Origin: Corallochytrium limacisporum Hawaii
Lineage: Eukaryota; Protista; Pluriformea
DNA: 64,000 nt
Assembly (NCBI GenBank): GCA_002811645.1
Contig: PDIP01000060.1
Span: 93,679-157,678, forward strand
Direction: 5' to 3'
The notes beneath the pieces were generated by a model. The model was not told where the DNA came from. It did no database searches and worked only from the letters and a program-made list of their open reading frames with translations. Shown one piece after another: positions 43,079-55,154 of this stretch; the first letter of the stretch is position 1, and every line of letters begins with the position of its first letter. A program made the position numbers and the translations under genes.

Positions 43079-44526
43079 TTCTGTCTATCGTAGAAGGGTG
43101 ACAACACCTGAAGACTCCCTAGCTAGTATGGGAACGCTATCACAAACAATCACTCGTTCCGTTTTCCTTACAGTCCTGAGACCTGAAAAGTGTCCGTTGC
43201 ACATTTGAAGTTGATCATTGTTTCGCGTGATCTACCTTCCGTGGGACTCTGACTTCCACTTTGACTTCGAAAAGACTTAGACACGATCCTCCTCCAGTCA
43301 GTGTAATCCGAAGTGGCCCCCAGCCGTTGTGATTCTGGGGCCTTGGACACTGCTTCCATCGCCAGGGGGCGCGTATGTTGTTGGGACGGGCAGAGGGCTC
43401 CCGTATTCTTCCTGTGTATTCTGGCCGGGGCTTGGGGTGGCTGGAATCCAAGCTGGATTTGGATTTGGTCGGGCGTCCTAACGGGGGAGGGCCGCCAGGT
43501 AAGAAAGATCTCTATGGAATACTCATTGAATGTGCTCAGAAACTAGAGGAAAGATCAAGTTCTGATCGACTACAACGGTCAATTATGTTCGGCATGGTTT
43601 GATTAATATCCAATCCAGGACTTGGACTGATTTTTCCGACACCATTGGAAACTCTCGGGATCTCCAACCTATCGGACAATGAAAAGCCTCGAGCAAGATT
43701 GGTTGGCGGGCAGCATAAATATCAGTAGTTCACTCTGCCATTCAATATTGCATAAGTGTAAGTTGATTTACGGCCATTTTAATTTTGTCATGTTTCTTGA
43801 TGTTTCTTCATTGTCGGCAACTCTTGGACGCCTCAGAGGGTGCTGATCTGGAGGAATTATGAAGCCAAATGATCCAATCCTTGTATAAAAACTATGATTG
43901 CATTCAATTGCCCAAGAAGTGGAACAATTGTATTCAATTGTGCAACGATTAGACCGTGATACAAATTAGAATATGCGAGTATTCATCGCCCGTCCAATAT
44001 TTCTGTATCGAAATTGTTGACTGGACGCGTACAACAAGTAAACTCTGTTTATTGACTACAGGAGTCAATTGAAAGTCCGTACAAGTGCTTTATTGGATTC
44101 AAATAGGTCAATCTTACGGGAATTAACATGTACAAAGACCGGTTTCATCTCATGAGTGCAATCATAGGACAGCCGTATTTTTGTTCCTGTTTAATAGAGT
44201 CATTGAGAAAAATTGTGCATCATTGTATTTTGCTTGATTATTTCTGGGAGGACCTCCTTCGAGCTCATATCTGTTTCTCGTTTGACGAACCCTTACCCGT
44301 CCTCAGAAACCCCCGGGGGGCCCCCTCCGGCCCCGGTGACCGTAGACTTTCCGTACTGCTCCCGACACTCGCCCAACCAAAATTGGCGCGCAAAGATTCT
44401 TTACGCCATCTGTGCTGCACCCGGCCCGCAAAGGTACATAGGAATGAAGAAGCTGCCCTTTCTTCGACATAACAGGACGGGCTATTCGCTGCTCACCCTC
44501 GGAAGTTTACACATATTCAGATCATC

Positions 44527-45216
44527 ATGGTTGGCAGTGCAAACCATTTTACGCGTCATGAAGTTCGCCGGAAACTAAGGGAGGAAGGTTACGGTGACAT
44601 TGATGAAGCCACCTTCGAAGACTTTTACAATGCATTAAATGCTCTGGCAGACGAAGAGGCACTGGCAATAGAACAACCAACTGCGACCAGTAAGGGAACG
44701 ACAAAAATAAGTCATCGTGCCCAACGGCGGGTAGAGGAAGGCAACCTCCGGACCGAGGCGCTCAAACAACATGAACCCGTTCTGGACGCCCATCAAGACT
44801 TCCACCTCGGCGTGGACTTTCGGCCTCCGCTGGCTCCTGTGACTGGTACCTATCACCAGAATGGAAATATTCCGCGCAGTTCATTTATTATCCCGAAACC
44901 AGATCCGGGACAGACCCGGCGCAAAAGTGATCCGATTTCTCGGTACCAACAGTACCAGAGCTACTGGGATGCAATGGGACTGAACAAGGGTCGCACGTCC
45001 TCTCGATACTCCAGTAACTATGGTACCAGTAGCCCAAACGCTGTCTGGCGTCGGACTGACCAGAGAACGGGTCTTGGTGCCCGACCAGCTCCTCGTATGC
45101 AGGTAAATAACTATGTTGTTCCCACGGAGAAGAAGCGAGAGAAGCTGCGGTGGGCGGTGCGCGAGAAGATGCTTACGGGGCAGACGAGCGGCGCAGGCGC
45201 TATTCTGCCAAAATGA
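44527..45216 (+). CDS. HYLS1: Centriolar/ciliogenesis protein HYLS1-like
   Basis: HYLS1 C-terminal box motifs KSDPISRYQQYQSYW and NNYVVPTEKKREKLRWAVREKM, plus the N-terminal helix FTRHEVRRKLREEGY. Confidence 0.75.
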   Translation: MVGSANHFTRHEVRRKLREEGYGDIDEATFEDFYNALNALADEEALAIEQPTATSKGTTKISHRAQRRVEEGNLRTEALKQHEPVLDAHQDFHLGVDFRPPLAPVTGTYHQNGNIPRSSFIIPKPDPGQTRRKSDPISRYQQYQSYWDAMGLNKGRTSSRYSSNYGTSSPNAVWRRTDQRTGLGARPAPRMQVNNYVVPTEKKREKLRWAVREKMLTGQTSGAGAILPK

Positions 45217-45313
45217 TGTACAAATCAACAGCGATTACAAAAGGTTATTTTTCAACATGTTGAATATTGTAATGGACATATGGAAACAGTCGTGACGGGT
45301 ACATATGAACGGG

Positions 45314-47263
45314 CTAAATGCTTACTGACGCAGCCCGTGCAGCGGCCTCCAGTTCAACCAGCTTTTGGTACATGCAGTACTTTCGCTCGTGCAGGGCTTT
45401 TAGCCGGTCTCCAGCAAAGGAATCTCTGCTGCTTGCCACTGCTTCTGTCTTGGCCCTTAGCGTCCATGCCGCTCGCAACAGACGTTGGCCCACGAAGCCA
45501 TCTGCTGTGGACCGTACTTCCTCTTGGTTCAGATCACCTGCAATATCTTTGTACTGCTCCGCCGCACTGAGTCCGAGCACTGCCGCACCACGGCAGACCG
45601 TGTCATCTGTTCCTTTTGCATCGCTAGGCACCGTGGTGTACACTTTCGCACCTGTTAAACAGTCCAGAATATCCGCAAATTGCTCCATGAATACTGTGTT
45701 CTTGGTGAGCCCACCGCAGATAACGACAGTATCGAAGGATTCGTAACCGCTCTTGGTCATGCTCTGAACAATCTCCACCGTGCCGTAGCACAGGGCCTGC
45801 ACAAGACTCAAGTACTGACGTGCACAGTCTTCTGCGCATGTTAGTGGGCTGAGCCCGACGGCACTGCCCCTAGCTAGTGGGTCTGCCCTCGGGCTGCGGT
45901 TGCCGTAGTGATCGGCTGTCATGTGTAGATCCTTTGCAAGGAAGGAGTAGTCCCGCTTGTCGCTATCCGTGGCCATGCGGTGCAGAAGGTCATCAAAGCA
46001 TCGTAAATAGTCGATGGCCTCCCACACTTCCTTCAGTGTCGAGGGTCCTTTCAAAAGATCTGAATCCATGCTCATCACAAACTCATCTAGCAACCTCCCT
46101 ACTGCGCTCTGTCCGCCCTCATTGACCCATGTGCCGGGAAGAAGAACATCTTTAAATGGACCCCATACGCCAGGCACGAATTTCGGACCGTCGGTGCTGA
46201 CTGCTAAGTGACATGCACTCGTGCCTGCAACCACAATCAATGGAAATTTCAGTTCGTTAACTGACTGCACCTCCTCAACATCCAGTTCGTCAAGTTTGCC
46301 CGTCAGCAACAAAGGTAAACACCCGGCATAGGCATCGATAATTCCACCTGCCACAGCACACGGTCCCCTGCTCAGGATTCCATTGGCTTCACTGATTGGC
46401 AATTCAGCAACCAGTTCCCCCGGCAAGGCCATGTGGCACCCGATAGAAGGCACCGCAGTCTGCAGGTCAGCGAACCCGACTACCTGCAGCAAGTCTTCCT
46501 GCCACCCCTCAGGGCGATCCGCGCCTCCTTCGATGTAATTCCATTTGGCCCGCACTGCATTTGTTGATCGTACGTCATTAACCTTACAGATTTCGCCATT
46601 TCTGCTCATCATCATGCGACCTCCACCCTGGACAATTAGCCAATACACGACATAGTCAGGTAGGTCGAAGAAAGCACACTTGCGGTGCTCCATGAGTTTA
46701 GGTCGGTGGCGCCAGAGCCAGCAGAGCTTTGGCATCTGATTCTCTGGACTGACCTTACCTCCCTGAAATTTCCGAATGCTTTCGAATTTTCTGTTCGAAT
46801 TGATCAAATCTGTCTCTTCCACTGCGCGGTGGTCTGCCCATAGAATGATGTCAGATGTGAGATCATTTTGCGACCTTTGCGGATGATCTGGGACTTCCCA
46901 ATGGAGCGCCACTTTTTGCTCGTCCGACCCACTATTCCGGGAAACCATGGCAAGACTGCAAGTCGCATCTACACCCACACCTTGCACGTCCCATTCCTGT
47001 CCCTTGACTTCACTGGCAAGCTTTTGTCGGAGCCAGTATATCACTGCATTTAGCTCGTCAGTGCTCTGTTCCAGATACTCTGTGCATGAGCTGCCATCGA
47101 CGGCTGGTGGTTTTACCTTGATGACAGTGAAATGCTCCTCTTCTTTGGCCACGCACGCTCCGCATTTACTACAGTACAGTGCTGCACGGATGGATGCGGT
47201 ACCTACGTCAATTCCCAGGACCGCTGGCCGGCGATCCATATGCTTGTGGCACTCACATGGCAT
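45314..47263 (-). CDS. FGGY: FGGY-family carbohydrate kinase (D-ribulokinase/FGGY-like)
   Basis: LGIDVGTASIRA, GVDATCSL, LWADHRA, IIDAYAG, GTSACHL, VPGVWGP, EGGQSA, GNRSPRADP and CGGLTKN. Confidence 0.92.
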   Translation of the reverse strand: MPCECHKHMDRRPAVLGIDVGTASIRAALYCSKCGACVAKEEEHFTVIKVKPPAVDGSSCTEYLEQSTDELNAVIYWLRQKLASEVKGQEWDVQGVGVDATCSLAMVSRNSGSDEQKVALHWEVPDHPQRSQNDLTSDIILWADHRAVEETDLINSNRKFESIRKFQGGKVSPENQMPKLCWLWRHRPKLMEHRKCAFFDLPDYVVYWLIVQGGGRMMMSRNGEICKVNDVRSTNAVRAKWNYIEGGADRPEGWQEDLLQVVGFADLQTAVPSIGCHMALPGELVAELPISEANGILSRGPCAVAGGIIDAYAGCLPLLLTGKLDELDVEEVQSVNELKFPLIVVAGTSACHLAVSTDGPKFVPGVWGPFKDVLLPGTWVNEGGQSAVGRLLDEFVMSMDSDLLKGPSTLKEVWEAIDYLRCFDDLLHRMATDSDKRDYSFLAKDLHMTADHYGNRSPRADPLARGSAVGLSPLTCAEDCARQYLSLVQALCYGTVEIVQSMTKSGYESFDTVVICGGLTKNTVFMEQFADILDCLTGAKVYTTVPSDAKGTDDTVCRGAAVLGLSAAEQYKDIAGDLNQEEVRSTADGFVGQRLLRAAWTLRAKTEAVASSRDSFAGDRLKALHERKYCMYQKLVELEAAARAASVSI

Positions 47264-48042
47264 TGTGGGCTGCTTGATATTTGATCCATAAGCACATGGG
47301 ACACAACTGAGCGCATACCCGGCATTGTCATGACAGTTTTTAACACCTAAGACTCAATGCAAATTTTCAATAGCACAAGGGACAGAGAGAGCAGGGCACA
47401 ACCGCATCTTATGTTTTATACAGAAGCATGTTAGGACCCTTTCTGTGATGTATCCGATCTTGTCCGTACGCCCTCCGCGGTCGATCATTTGATTTTCTGA
47501 TTCTTATGTAGAATCAACACACACAGACACACAGCCGCCCCTCCCCAGGAGAAAGTGGCCATTCCACCATTGGAGCCGTTGCACTTAGTCCACCGGAGCC
47601 CTTGCCCGGTGGGCCTAGGGGGCCATCGTTAGGAGCCGCTGTACAAGACCAGAGCCAGGGTGAAACTCGACCGCACAGCCCCCCGTTACTCGTAATAATT
47701 CATCGCCCGGCAAAACTACAATGGACCGCACTCTGCGTACCTTTCTGGGTACACAACAGTGGCGTTCAGTCAGTTTTGTCGCACCAACCTGCCCATACAC
47801 CATGAAAAGGGAGGGTGACCCGGTGCCGCGGGAAAGAGAAATATGTGCCATACACGTTAAATAGTTTCTTGACATTATCACAGCGAGGGCTTTTCTGAAG
47901 TAGCGGCGGTAGTTTGGAAGAACGGCGAGGGTCTCACCAAGTCCCCTTCACCAGGGGCCGTAAACGTACTCTCTCTTTCGTTTCACCAAAAGAAAAAGTG
48001 CCTTCCCCGGACGTGGCGGTACAAGCAACACTGGCCCTCCCC

Positions 48043-48315
48043 NNNNNNNNNNNNNNNNNNNNNNNNNNNNNNNNNNNNNNNNNNNNNNNNNNNNNNNNNN
48101 NNNNNNNNNNNNNNNNNNNNNNNNNNNNNNNNNNNNNNNNNNNNNNNNNNNNNNNNNNNNNNNNNNNNNNNNNNNNNNNNNNNNNNNNNNNNNNNNNNNN
48201 NNNNNNNNNNNNNNNNNNNNNNNNNNNNNNNNNNNNNNNNNNNNNNNNNNNNNNNNNNNNNNNNNNNNNNNNNNNNNNNNNNNNNNNNNNNNNNNNNNNN
48301 NNNNNNNNNNNNNNN
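48043..48315. other. Assembly gap (N run)
   Basis: Ns flanked by C tracts. Confidence 0.99.
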
Positions 48316-49459
48316 CCCCTTCCCAACTTGTACTGATTATTCCCGTTGACCCTCCATTCTGGCCCTGAGCACCAGATCCAACTGACCCCGGGTTGGTTGG
48401 TTTGATTTCTTGCGCCAATGGCCCTGCGTTGGTACCCTAGCTACCAAGCCCAAGCGACGTAAACTAAACGGACCCTCTCTCGTCAATTTCGCCCCGCAAA
48501 AACAGAATTCCTTCACGGTCGGTGTACCAGCAGTAGCCCATCCCAGAGTAGAGAGACGGGGGGAACCAAAAGGAGAAGAAAAAAAGAGGAAATATCCACA
48601 CTGCAAACGTTCCTTTGTTCGTGTCCCCAATTCCCTCTCTTTTCTCCGCCTTATATGCCGCCCCCTTCTCGTCCAAGGGGTCTTGTGCCTGCTTCACATT
48701 TTCATTGAGCAACAGCCTTTTTTTTGTCCCGGACGCCGTGGACACACCAGGGAAGTGGGGGTATTTTGTCACAGCCGCGGGGGAAGTAATTTCAACCGAC
48801 CCCTCCCCCACTGGCCCGATGGCTTTCCCTTGAACGCGTGGTTGTCCTGGGTCTATACGTAACGGCGAAGGAAAGGCCCGCCCAAACCGAGGGCACCACT
48901 GACTAAGGTTTTGTTTAAGGCAGAAATGACGGGGACGGACCAACGGAAAAAAGGTAAAAAGAAAATGAGCCAACCAAAAGGAACCCACAGTGAGACGGAC
49001 AGGCTCCATCATTCGCCTGCTCAACAACCAATGGGGGAGGGGAGGGGGGGCGCCCAACCCGATGCTGACAAATTGTGCTCAACCGAGGCGTATATTTTGC
49101 AATGTGGCCGTTGTCCTTGGTCGGGGTAGTTGCCGTGGAGCATAGAAGAAGGAGTGTTGATTGCACTGTGAGAGAGTTTTTCTTTACAGAAACCTGTCGA
49201 ATTTGTTTAGTGACATGATATCTGCTGTGTTTCGGGTATAAAATGTAGTATGCAGCCCAACATTGTAGTTTCCTTTGACAAGACATGGCGCGACACAAGC
49301 GAAGGGCGATCACAAAGGTTAGACACTTTACTGGCTTTGGGAACCAAGAAATGACTCTGTGATTGAGACAGTATCCTCAAGGCCCATTGATACACACGAC
49401 ATACAAAGCCTCAACAGCAGAGGAGCACTACATTCACTAGATTTTTAGGGCATCGAACC

Positions 49460-49957
49460 ATGGAGGCGCGACTTGCAAATCTGAGGTCTTTGGAGCGGCA
49501 GCGTCGAGCTGTCCTCTTTCAGCGTAGCACACTTCGGATGGTCGGTGAGAACATGTTCCGTGATCAGAGGCCTCCCCGCCGAAAACTTCCCGCCATTAGT
49601 CGCCACGGTGGATACAAGTCCTCGGACCGTGTGCGTGGGATACTCCGAGGTTATGGTGGTGACTTGGGCAATGGGGACGAGGACGAAGTCGAGCTTGACT
49701 TACCTCTGGACTTCCGTCATTGGCACTTTGGAGACATTGAGCATGCAGTAGACGAAAGATACTGGTCGGAATTCCAGTTCATGGTGCATCGGGCTGCCCT
49801 ACGCCAACCAGTCGGTGAATTTAGTGAGGAAGTAAACAACGAGAATCTCTACGGTTCTGAGAAGGAACAGCATGAAACTAAGACCATCAACACGCAGGAC
49901 GATGTTACCAGTCAGCTCATGCAACTCCGACAGGCACTGGCTGCCTTACAGGCATGA
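49460..49957 (+). CDS. Hypothetical protein with terminal helical/coiled-coil segments
   Basis: 165-aa ORF with aaccATG start. Ends convergently 129 nt from the ADC lyase gene, across an AT-rich spacer like the other gene pairs. Confidence 0.65.
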   Translation: MEARLANLRSLERQRRAVLFQRSTLRMVGENMFRDQRPPRRKLPAISRHGGYKSSDRVRGILRGYGGDLGNGDEDEVELDLPLDFRHWHFGDIEHAVDERYWSEFQFMVHRAALRQPVGEFSEEVNNENLYGSEKEQHETKTINTQDDVTSQLMQLRQALAALQA

Positions 49958-50086
49958 ACAAATACTATATATATAACTAAATAATGGGTGGATACGACCC
50001 GCAATATATTGAACCTTCATCATATACCTTACACTCAGTGGTTTCATAATCTAACTAGAGTCGCAGTTTGCGAACCTTTATGCATA

Positions 50087-50830
50087 TCAAAGAACAAGCG
50101 TGCAGGGATACATACCGCGAAGTGAATTGAAGGCGATCATGGCGAACTTAGTGTCCGATCTCCGTAGTTCATTTACGGGCACAGACTCTTCCTTGAGGAG
50201 GCCCTTGCTAACGAGTTCATGGCGCAATATTCCAGGAAGCATCCCATCCTTGAGCGGTGGAGTTACCCAATGGTGTGCTTTTAAGATATCTTCCCCTACT
50301 GTGCTTGAGTCGAGTGATACCCAATCTTCACCAAAGCAAAACGCAACATTCGCAACGCAGCACTCCGTTACATTGCCTTCATCGTTGGAGATAAGAGTGT
50401 CAAAAATTTCCGCCGGTTTGTCCGCTTTGATCCGCTCGTAAATTGTTCGATGAGTACTTTTAACAGTGATCCAGAAATCTGTATGGTCAACTACTTGCTT
50501 GCTAAGTGCGATTGTTTGAATCGTACCCTTTTTATCGGTGAACGGCGTAGAAGTTACCTTTACAGCGCCACCAGAGCTCAGGGTCACTCGCACACGAAGC
50601 GCCTGTTCAGAGCTACCGATTTGGGTTAGTACCTTTCTCCCGAGTTCATCAACATCAGTTGAACACCTTTGTCCCCCATAGCGCTCTGAAATCATTTGGT
50701 AGTCTCTTATCATTCGTTGCATGTGCTGTCTTAGGCGAATACATCCCTGACCTGGAACATATGCAAATGTCTCGAGGCACTCCACTTGGGACATATCCGC
50801 CGGCTCAGGCGATGCCAGCACTTCTGTCAT
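50087..50830 (-). CDS. 4-amino-4-deoxychorismate lyase (PLP fold type IV, ABZ2/PabC-like)
   Basis: LETF, H..RM, RVRVTL, Schiff-base Lys in VKSTHRTIY, EGNVTECCVANVAF, WVTPP, GMLPGILR and FNSLRG. Confidence 0.85.
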   Translation of the reverse strand: MTEVLASPEPADMSQVECLETFAYVPGQGCIRLRQHMQRMIRDYQMISERYGGQRCSTDVDELGRKVLTQIGSSEQALRVRVTLSSGGAVKVTSTPFTDKKGTIQTIALSKQVVDHTDFWITVKSTHRTIYERIKADKPAEIFDTLISNDEGNVTECCVANVAFCFGEDWVSLDSSTVGEDILKAHHWVTPPLKDGMLPGILRHELVSKGLLKEESVPVNELRRSDTKFAMIAFNSLRGMYPCTLVL

Positions 50831-51024
50831 GACATCCTTCTATTTTACTATTGTGGCCACAACCGTTGTAGACGGTTTCTGATCACAACGGAGAAAATAA
50901 TCTTGAAGATACACCCTGGTTCAAGTAGCAGAGTTTCGAACGAGATATTGTACTCTCAGCAAGAAAAACAAAGAGGATCACAGACGGCAAAGCCTAGCGA
51001 AGGCGGCCCCTCCGCCGCCCCCCC

Positions 51025-51281
51025 NNNNNNNNNNNNNNNNNNNNNNNNNNNNNNNNNNNNNNNNNNNNNNNNNNNNNNNNNNNNNNNNNNNNNNNNNNNN
51101 NNNNNNNNNNNNNNNNNNNNNNNNNNNNNNNNNNNNNNNNNNNNNNNNNNNNNNNNNNNNNNNNNNNNNNNNNNNNNNNNNNNNNNNNNNNNNNNNNNNN
51201 NNNNNNNNNNNNNNNNNNNNNNNNNNNNNNNNNNNNNNNNNNNNNNNNNNNNNNNNNNNNNNNNNNNNNNNNNNNNNNNNN
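51025..51281. other. Assembly gap (N run)
   Basis: Ns flanked by a C tract on the left and a G tract on the right. Confidence 0.99.
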
Positions 51282-52973
51282 CGGGGGGAGGCGACGGGGT
51301 CCGCTGCGTAAAACCCCACTGCCCAGTTTTCAAATGCCCGCTGGGTCACTTCTGGCCGTACAAAGACCGCACGCAGTTATTGATCGAAAATCCGGGGAGA
51401 CAAACTGTAGGTGAGGGTCCGGGAAACCGTACTGTACATTCCTTAATACGGTAAAAACGATCAATACTTCCTAAAGGGTGGGAATGCCCTGGGAAGTGGG
51501 GGAAGACCCGGCGGTGTCGGGTGTCCCCGGCTCGGGTCGGTGAAGTCAGTAGAAGGAAGAAAGGGGGGTCCCTCTTCCGGGCAGACGGGTGGCTTTCACG
51601 TTTGGGGTAGAGTGCTAGCAGTAGGCTTGGCAGCCCACTGAGCAGTGCGATGGGAACCGTCCATGCTGTGGAGGCGATGAACCACCACCGCAATGCTTCT
51701 TAGGAATATTATATATTTCAAGACGATGAGCTAGGCCACGAAACCTTGGGACCATCGTCACGATTTCTCGATGATCATTTTAAGAGATCATTGTCAATAA
51801 ACCTGTGACTTTAACCGTGCCCCTCCCCCTTCCCTCCCTTCTTTCGCACAGGGAACTGCTGTAGTATCCCGAAAGTCAATGTGTTTGAAGGGGGGACTTT
51901 ATTGCAACAGCTTTGCCTGGCAGTCCCGAGCGTGGTGGCCCAATGGTTTTCTCGCAAACGGCGCCGCAATGGGGTTGTGGCGCGGCCCCGCTTCGGAACT
52001 GAGAACCCAGAAACCACGTCGTGGGCGATGACATAGTGCCCACTGGCTTTTTGGGAGGCTGTTTGCCGGGGTTTGTGGCCGAGGCTTTTCGCAATAAAGA
52101 GACGTGCGAGTAAGCTGGAGATCACGCAGCTGTGGGCTACCGAAAGACCCTACTTACCGGAGTACAGAGAGACAGAAATTATCCAGGCTCTGAGGATGGC
52201 TTTGCCGGGTCCCCTTACCAAACGTATGGAAAGTTGTGCAGTCCACGGGGCCGGTTGGTCTTCATTTTCCGACTTTCGGCGACGGTGTTCCACCCCCGCA
52301 GAGCACCCAGCACTCCGTGCCAGGGAGACCACCACGGAAGGGAGTGTTGTCAAGTCTGCCTCCCGAACCCACCAGCCTTCCTACTCCTTCGCTCCCGAAC
52401 TTCAAAGGTCTCTGTGCGTGTGGCTGAGCCAAACTCACCCGCGATGGTGGCCAGTGTGAGCGCAGTCACACCTAACCGGCTGTATGGCTTCGTCAATCGT
52501 AGGTCGTAATTGAAAGTCTGCATGGGAAGGCGCGGTTTCCTTCCCAAGGTGATTCAACATAGTACAATGTACATGTTTGGAAGCCCGGACAACATTGCAA
52601 GTTTCCTAATTTATTCGCAGGAACAAAATTAGTATGGAGCAGTGGATGCCAATTGTGCAGTTATGTCTCGGTCAACAACGAAGCACAAAATGGTGAATAT
52701 TCGTCGATTAATAGTGTGACAAATAGCGGAACTTCTCGTACTCTTTGAATCTGTTGACACCTGGCCCAAACCTGGTCACCATCCCACGTTGCTCGGTCCG
52801 CGAGAGAAGAGAGGGAGGATCGCATGCGTAGTGGCACAAATCGTCAACGCATGGCATTCATGGGACAAACGTCCTTTACCACCGCAGGCGCTGCGCTTTT
52901 TCTTGATATCACTTTCGACTCTGTCATTTGTGAACATCAACCACTGGCAATAGATACCAGCTGGGATGATGAT

Positions 52974-53001
52974 GGTGTGTGTGTGTGTGTGTGTGTATGT
53001 G
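52974..53001. repeat. (GT)n microsatellite
   Basis: gtgtgtgtgtgtgtgtgtgtgtgtatgtg. Confidence 0.9.
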
Positions 53002-55154
53002 ACAAAGACATTCTTGATGCAGATCGTGAGCAGAGCAATGACAGGCAAATGCTCATAGGCCGCGCCAAATTGGAAATGGCCAGGCCACCATTGTGAGTAT
53101 GGATTACAAGAGTTGCGTGCTCGGGAATGTCTCCGTTTCGGATAAAGCGTAACACTCCAAATTTGGCAACAGGTAGGCTAAGCCAACACCGACCCCGAAG
53201 GACGTCATAGAGTTTGTTTCTGTGAGTGGCTTGGGGGCAGAAAAGCATTTGTGTTGTGATTTTGTGCGTAGGTGAAGGTCAGTGGTGGTGGAGTGATAAT
53301 TCGGTGTCGACTTGTGATGTGCCCGTGCGCACTCACATTGAATCCTCTTCTCTCCCCTTTGACTTGCTGACTGTGCCTGTCATGATGGCAATCTTTTCAA
53401 CTTCATATGTCCCGTACCATCCATCTTCTTGATGTTCAAGAACCATCTTCCTTATTCGAAAGAACGGGCGCTTCGTGATTCGCGTAACAGTAAGCTTCAT
53501 GTTTTTGGGAAAGAATGCGTGGCGTTCGCTTCCCCGTTCCATTAATATTTCTTGCATGGCACCTGCACACATCCTACTAAAATAATTGGGACCCTCCTTA
53601 ATGTCCTGGGATACGCCTGTGCGGAGGGGCACTCGCTACCCTCCTTCAAGCTCACAGGCAGGCACGCAGGCACTCACACACGCCTTCTGATGCACATGAT
53701 GATCATCGGAGCTTTGCCATTGGCAGACATGCAATAATTTTAATTTGCATCGATGACTAGTTTGCAATATCCATTGAGCATCCATGGCCCCAAGGACTCC
53801 AAACAATAAGGAGAAGAATAACTTATTTCTCAGAGCCAAAAGCTCTGTTTGGTAACCAGTAAAAGGAACGGTCTCGAGGGATGTTAGTCAAATGCTTCAG
53901 TCTCTTCCTGCTAGATCCCCTTATTGTTGAGAGGTGTGGATGGTGTTGCGTACCACAAATGTCCCGATCCACTGGATTGGGATAGGCAGCAGTTTGCATG
54001 TTTCCCTGCTTCCTGTGCTCTACAACGGGACGCCTGAAATGATTCGCCGCGTTGCGCCTTGTCGGACACTCTGCGGGACAAGAAACTCAGAAGTCTCTCT
54101 GGCTTCAAGACCATTAGATGACCAGCAAAGCAGGCTCAGTGCCGATAGGTTCCGGTGTGGGATTGCCCCTTGTCAACGTCGAATATGTGGATGCGTAGGC
54201 GACGGATTTGACCATCCACCGTTAGTCTCACTGTGTGACATAACACATCAAATGTGAGGAAACAAAGCCCTCTGCTGAGTGGGTGGAGAAGTCCTGTTGG
54301 ATGACTGTGTCGGTGTCCCAGGAACACAGACTTTTTATTGTGTGGATGCGATGGTGTACACCCCATTGATTTGAGTAAGAAGAGATTGTTTTCAATAGAG
54401 ATAACGAAAACAACGTTTGTACATGTATGTGTGTACGTGTGCGTATATGTGCGAAGATTAGCATGTAACATGTGGAATGCCAATACCCAAACAAAGAAGA
54501 ATTTGTGGAAGATACTAACGAATATTGGGGTAGGCTGACTTGGGCGGGCGCAGCGTGCAGAGCGGAAAACCCACCAGAATCTTGGGGGTTGGGGGGAAAG
54601 GGGAGAATGGGTTGGGGCCCCCGGCGGGGGGGGGGGAAGCCACGCACCTCCTCGCACATCGCACCTCCCTGGGTATGCCTTTAACCACCGTTATGCAGTG
54701 ACCAGCGGCCAATGAAGCCCTTTAGGATGCTCAACACATTCAGAAAAGAAGTCAGTAGAGCACATTGGCTGGCTTATCCGATGCTCTTTTGTTCGTACTG
54801 ATCTACAGTGCTTTCCCCTCAATAGTTGTCCGTCAGATGCATCATTGCGATTAGAAACGATGAGGAACGAAAACATGACCTTGGCCCATGGAGAGCTAGA
54901 CAAGTTTATGGGGGAACAGAGACAGGTATAAACGAGATCCAAGACGACCAGTCTCTATTACTTGGGATGTGCTCCAGGTGTCACGATTATTTACTCAAAT
55001 GAGACCTAAGCGGCTTGACCCGTCAACTCTACTTGTGCTACCCGGAACTTTATCAGGATCAGCCTTTGGGCCAAAATCAGAGCCTAGATTCTGGGTCAGC
55101 GAGACCTCAAAAAACAAACAGAGACATAGACCACAGACATCCACACATATAAAC

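Noticed and set aside
47914-48418. ORFs spanning N-runs (also 50786-51454 and 61847-62393)
   Set aside because: Artefacts of translating assembly gaps.
53333-53839. Two same-frame minus-strand ORFs separated by one stop
   Set aside because: Non-ATG starts and no recognisable motifs or coding-like composition, so probably chance.
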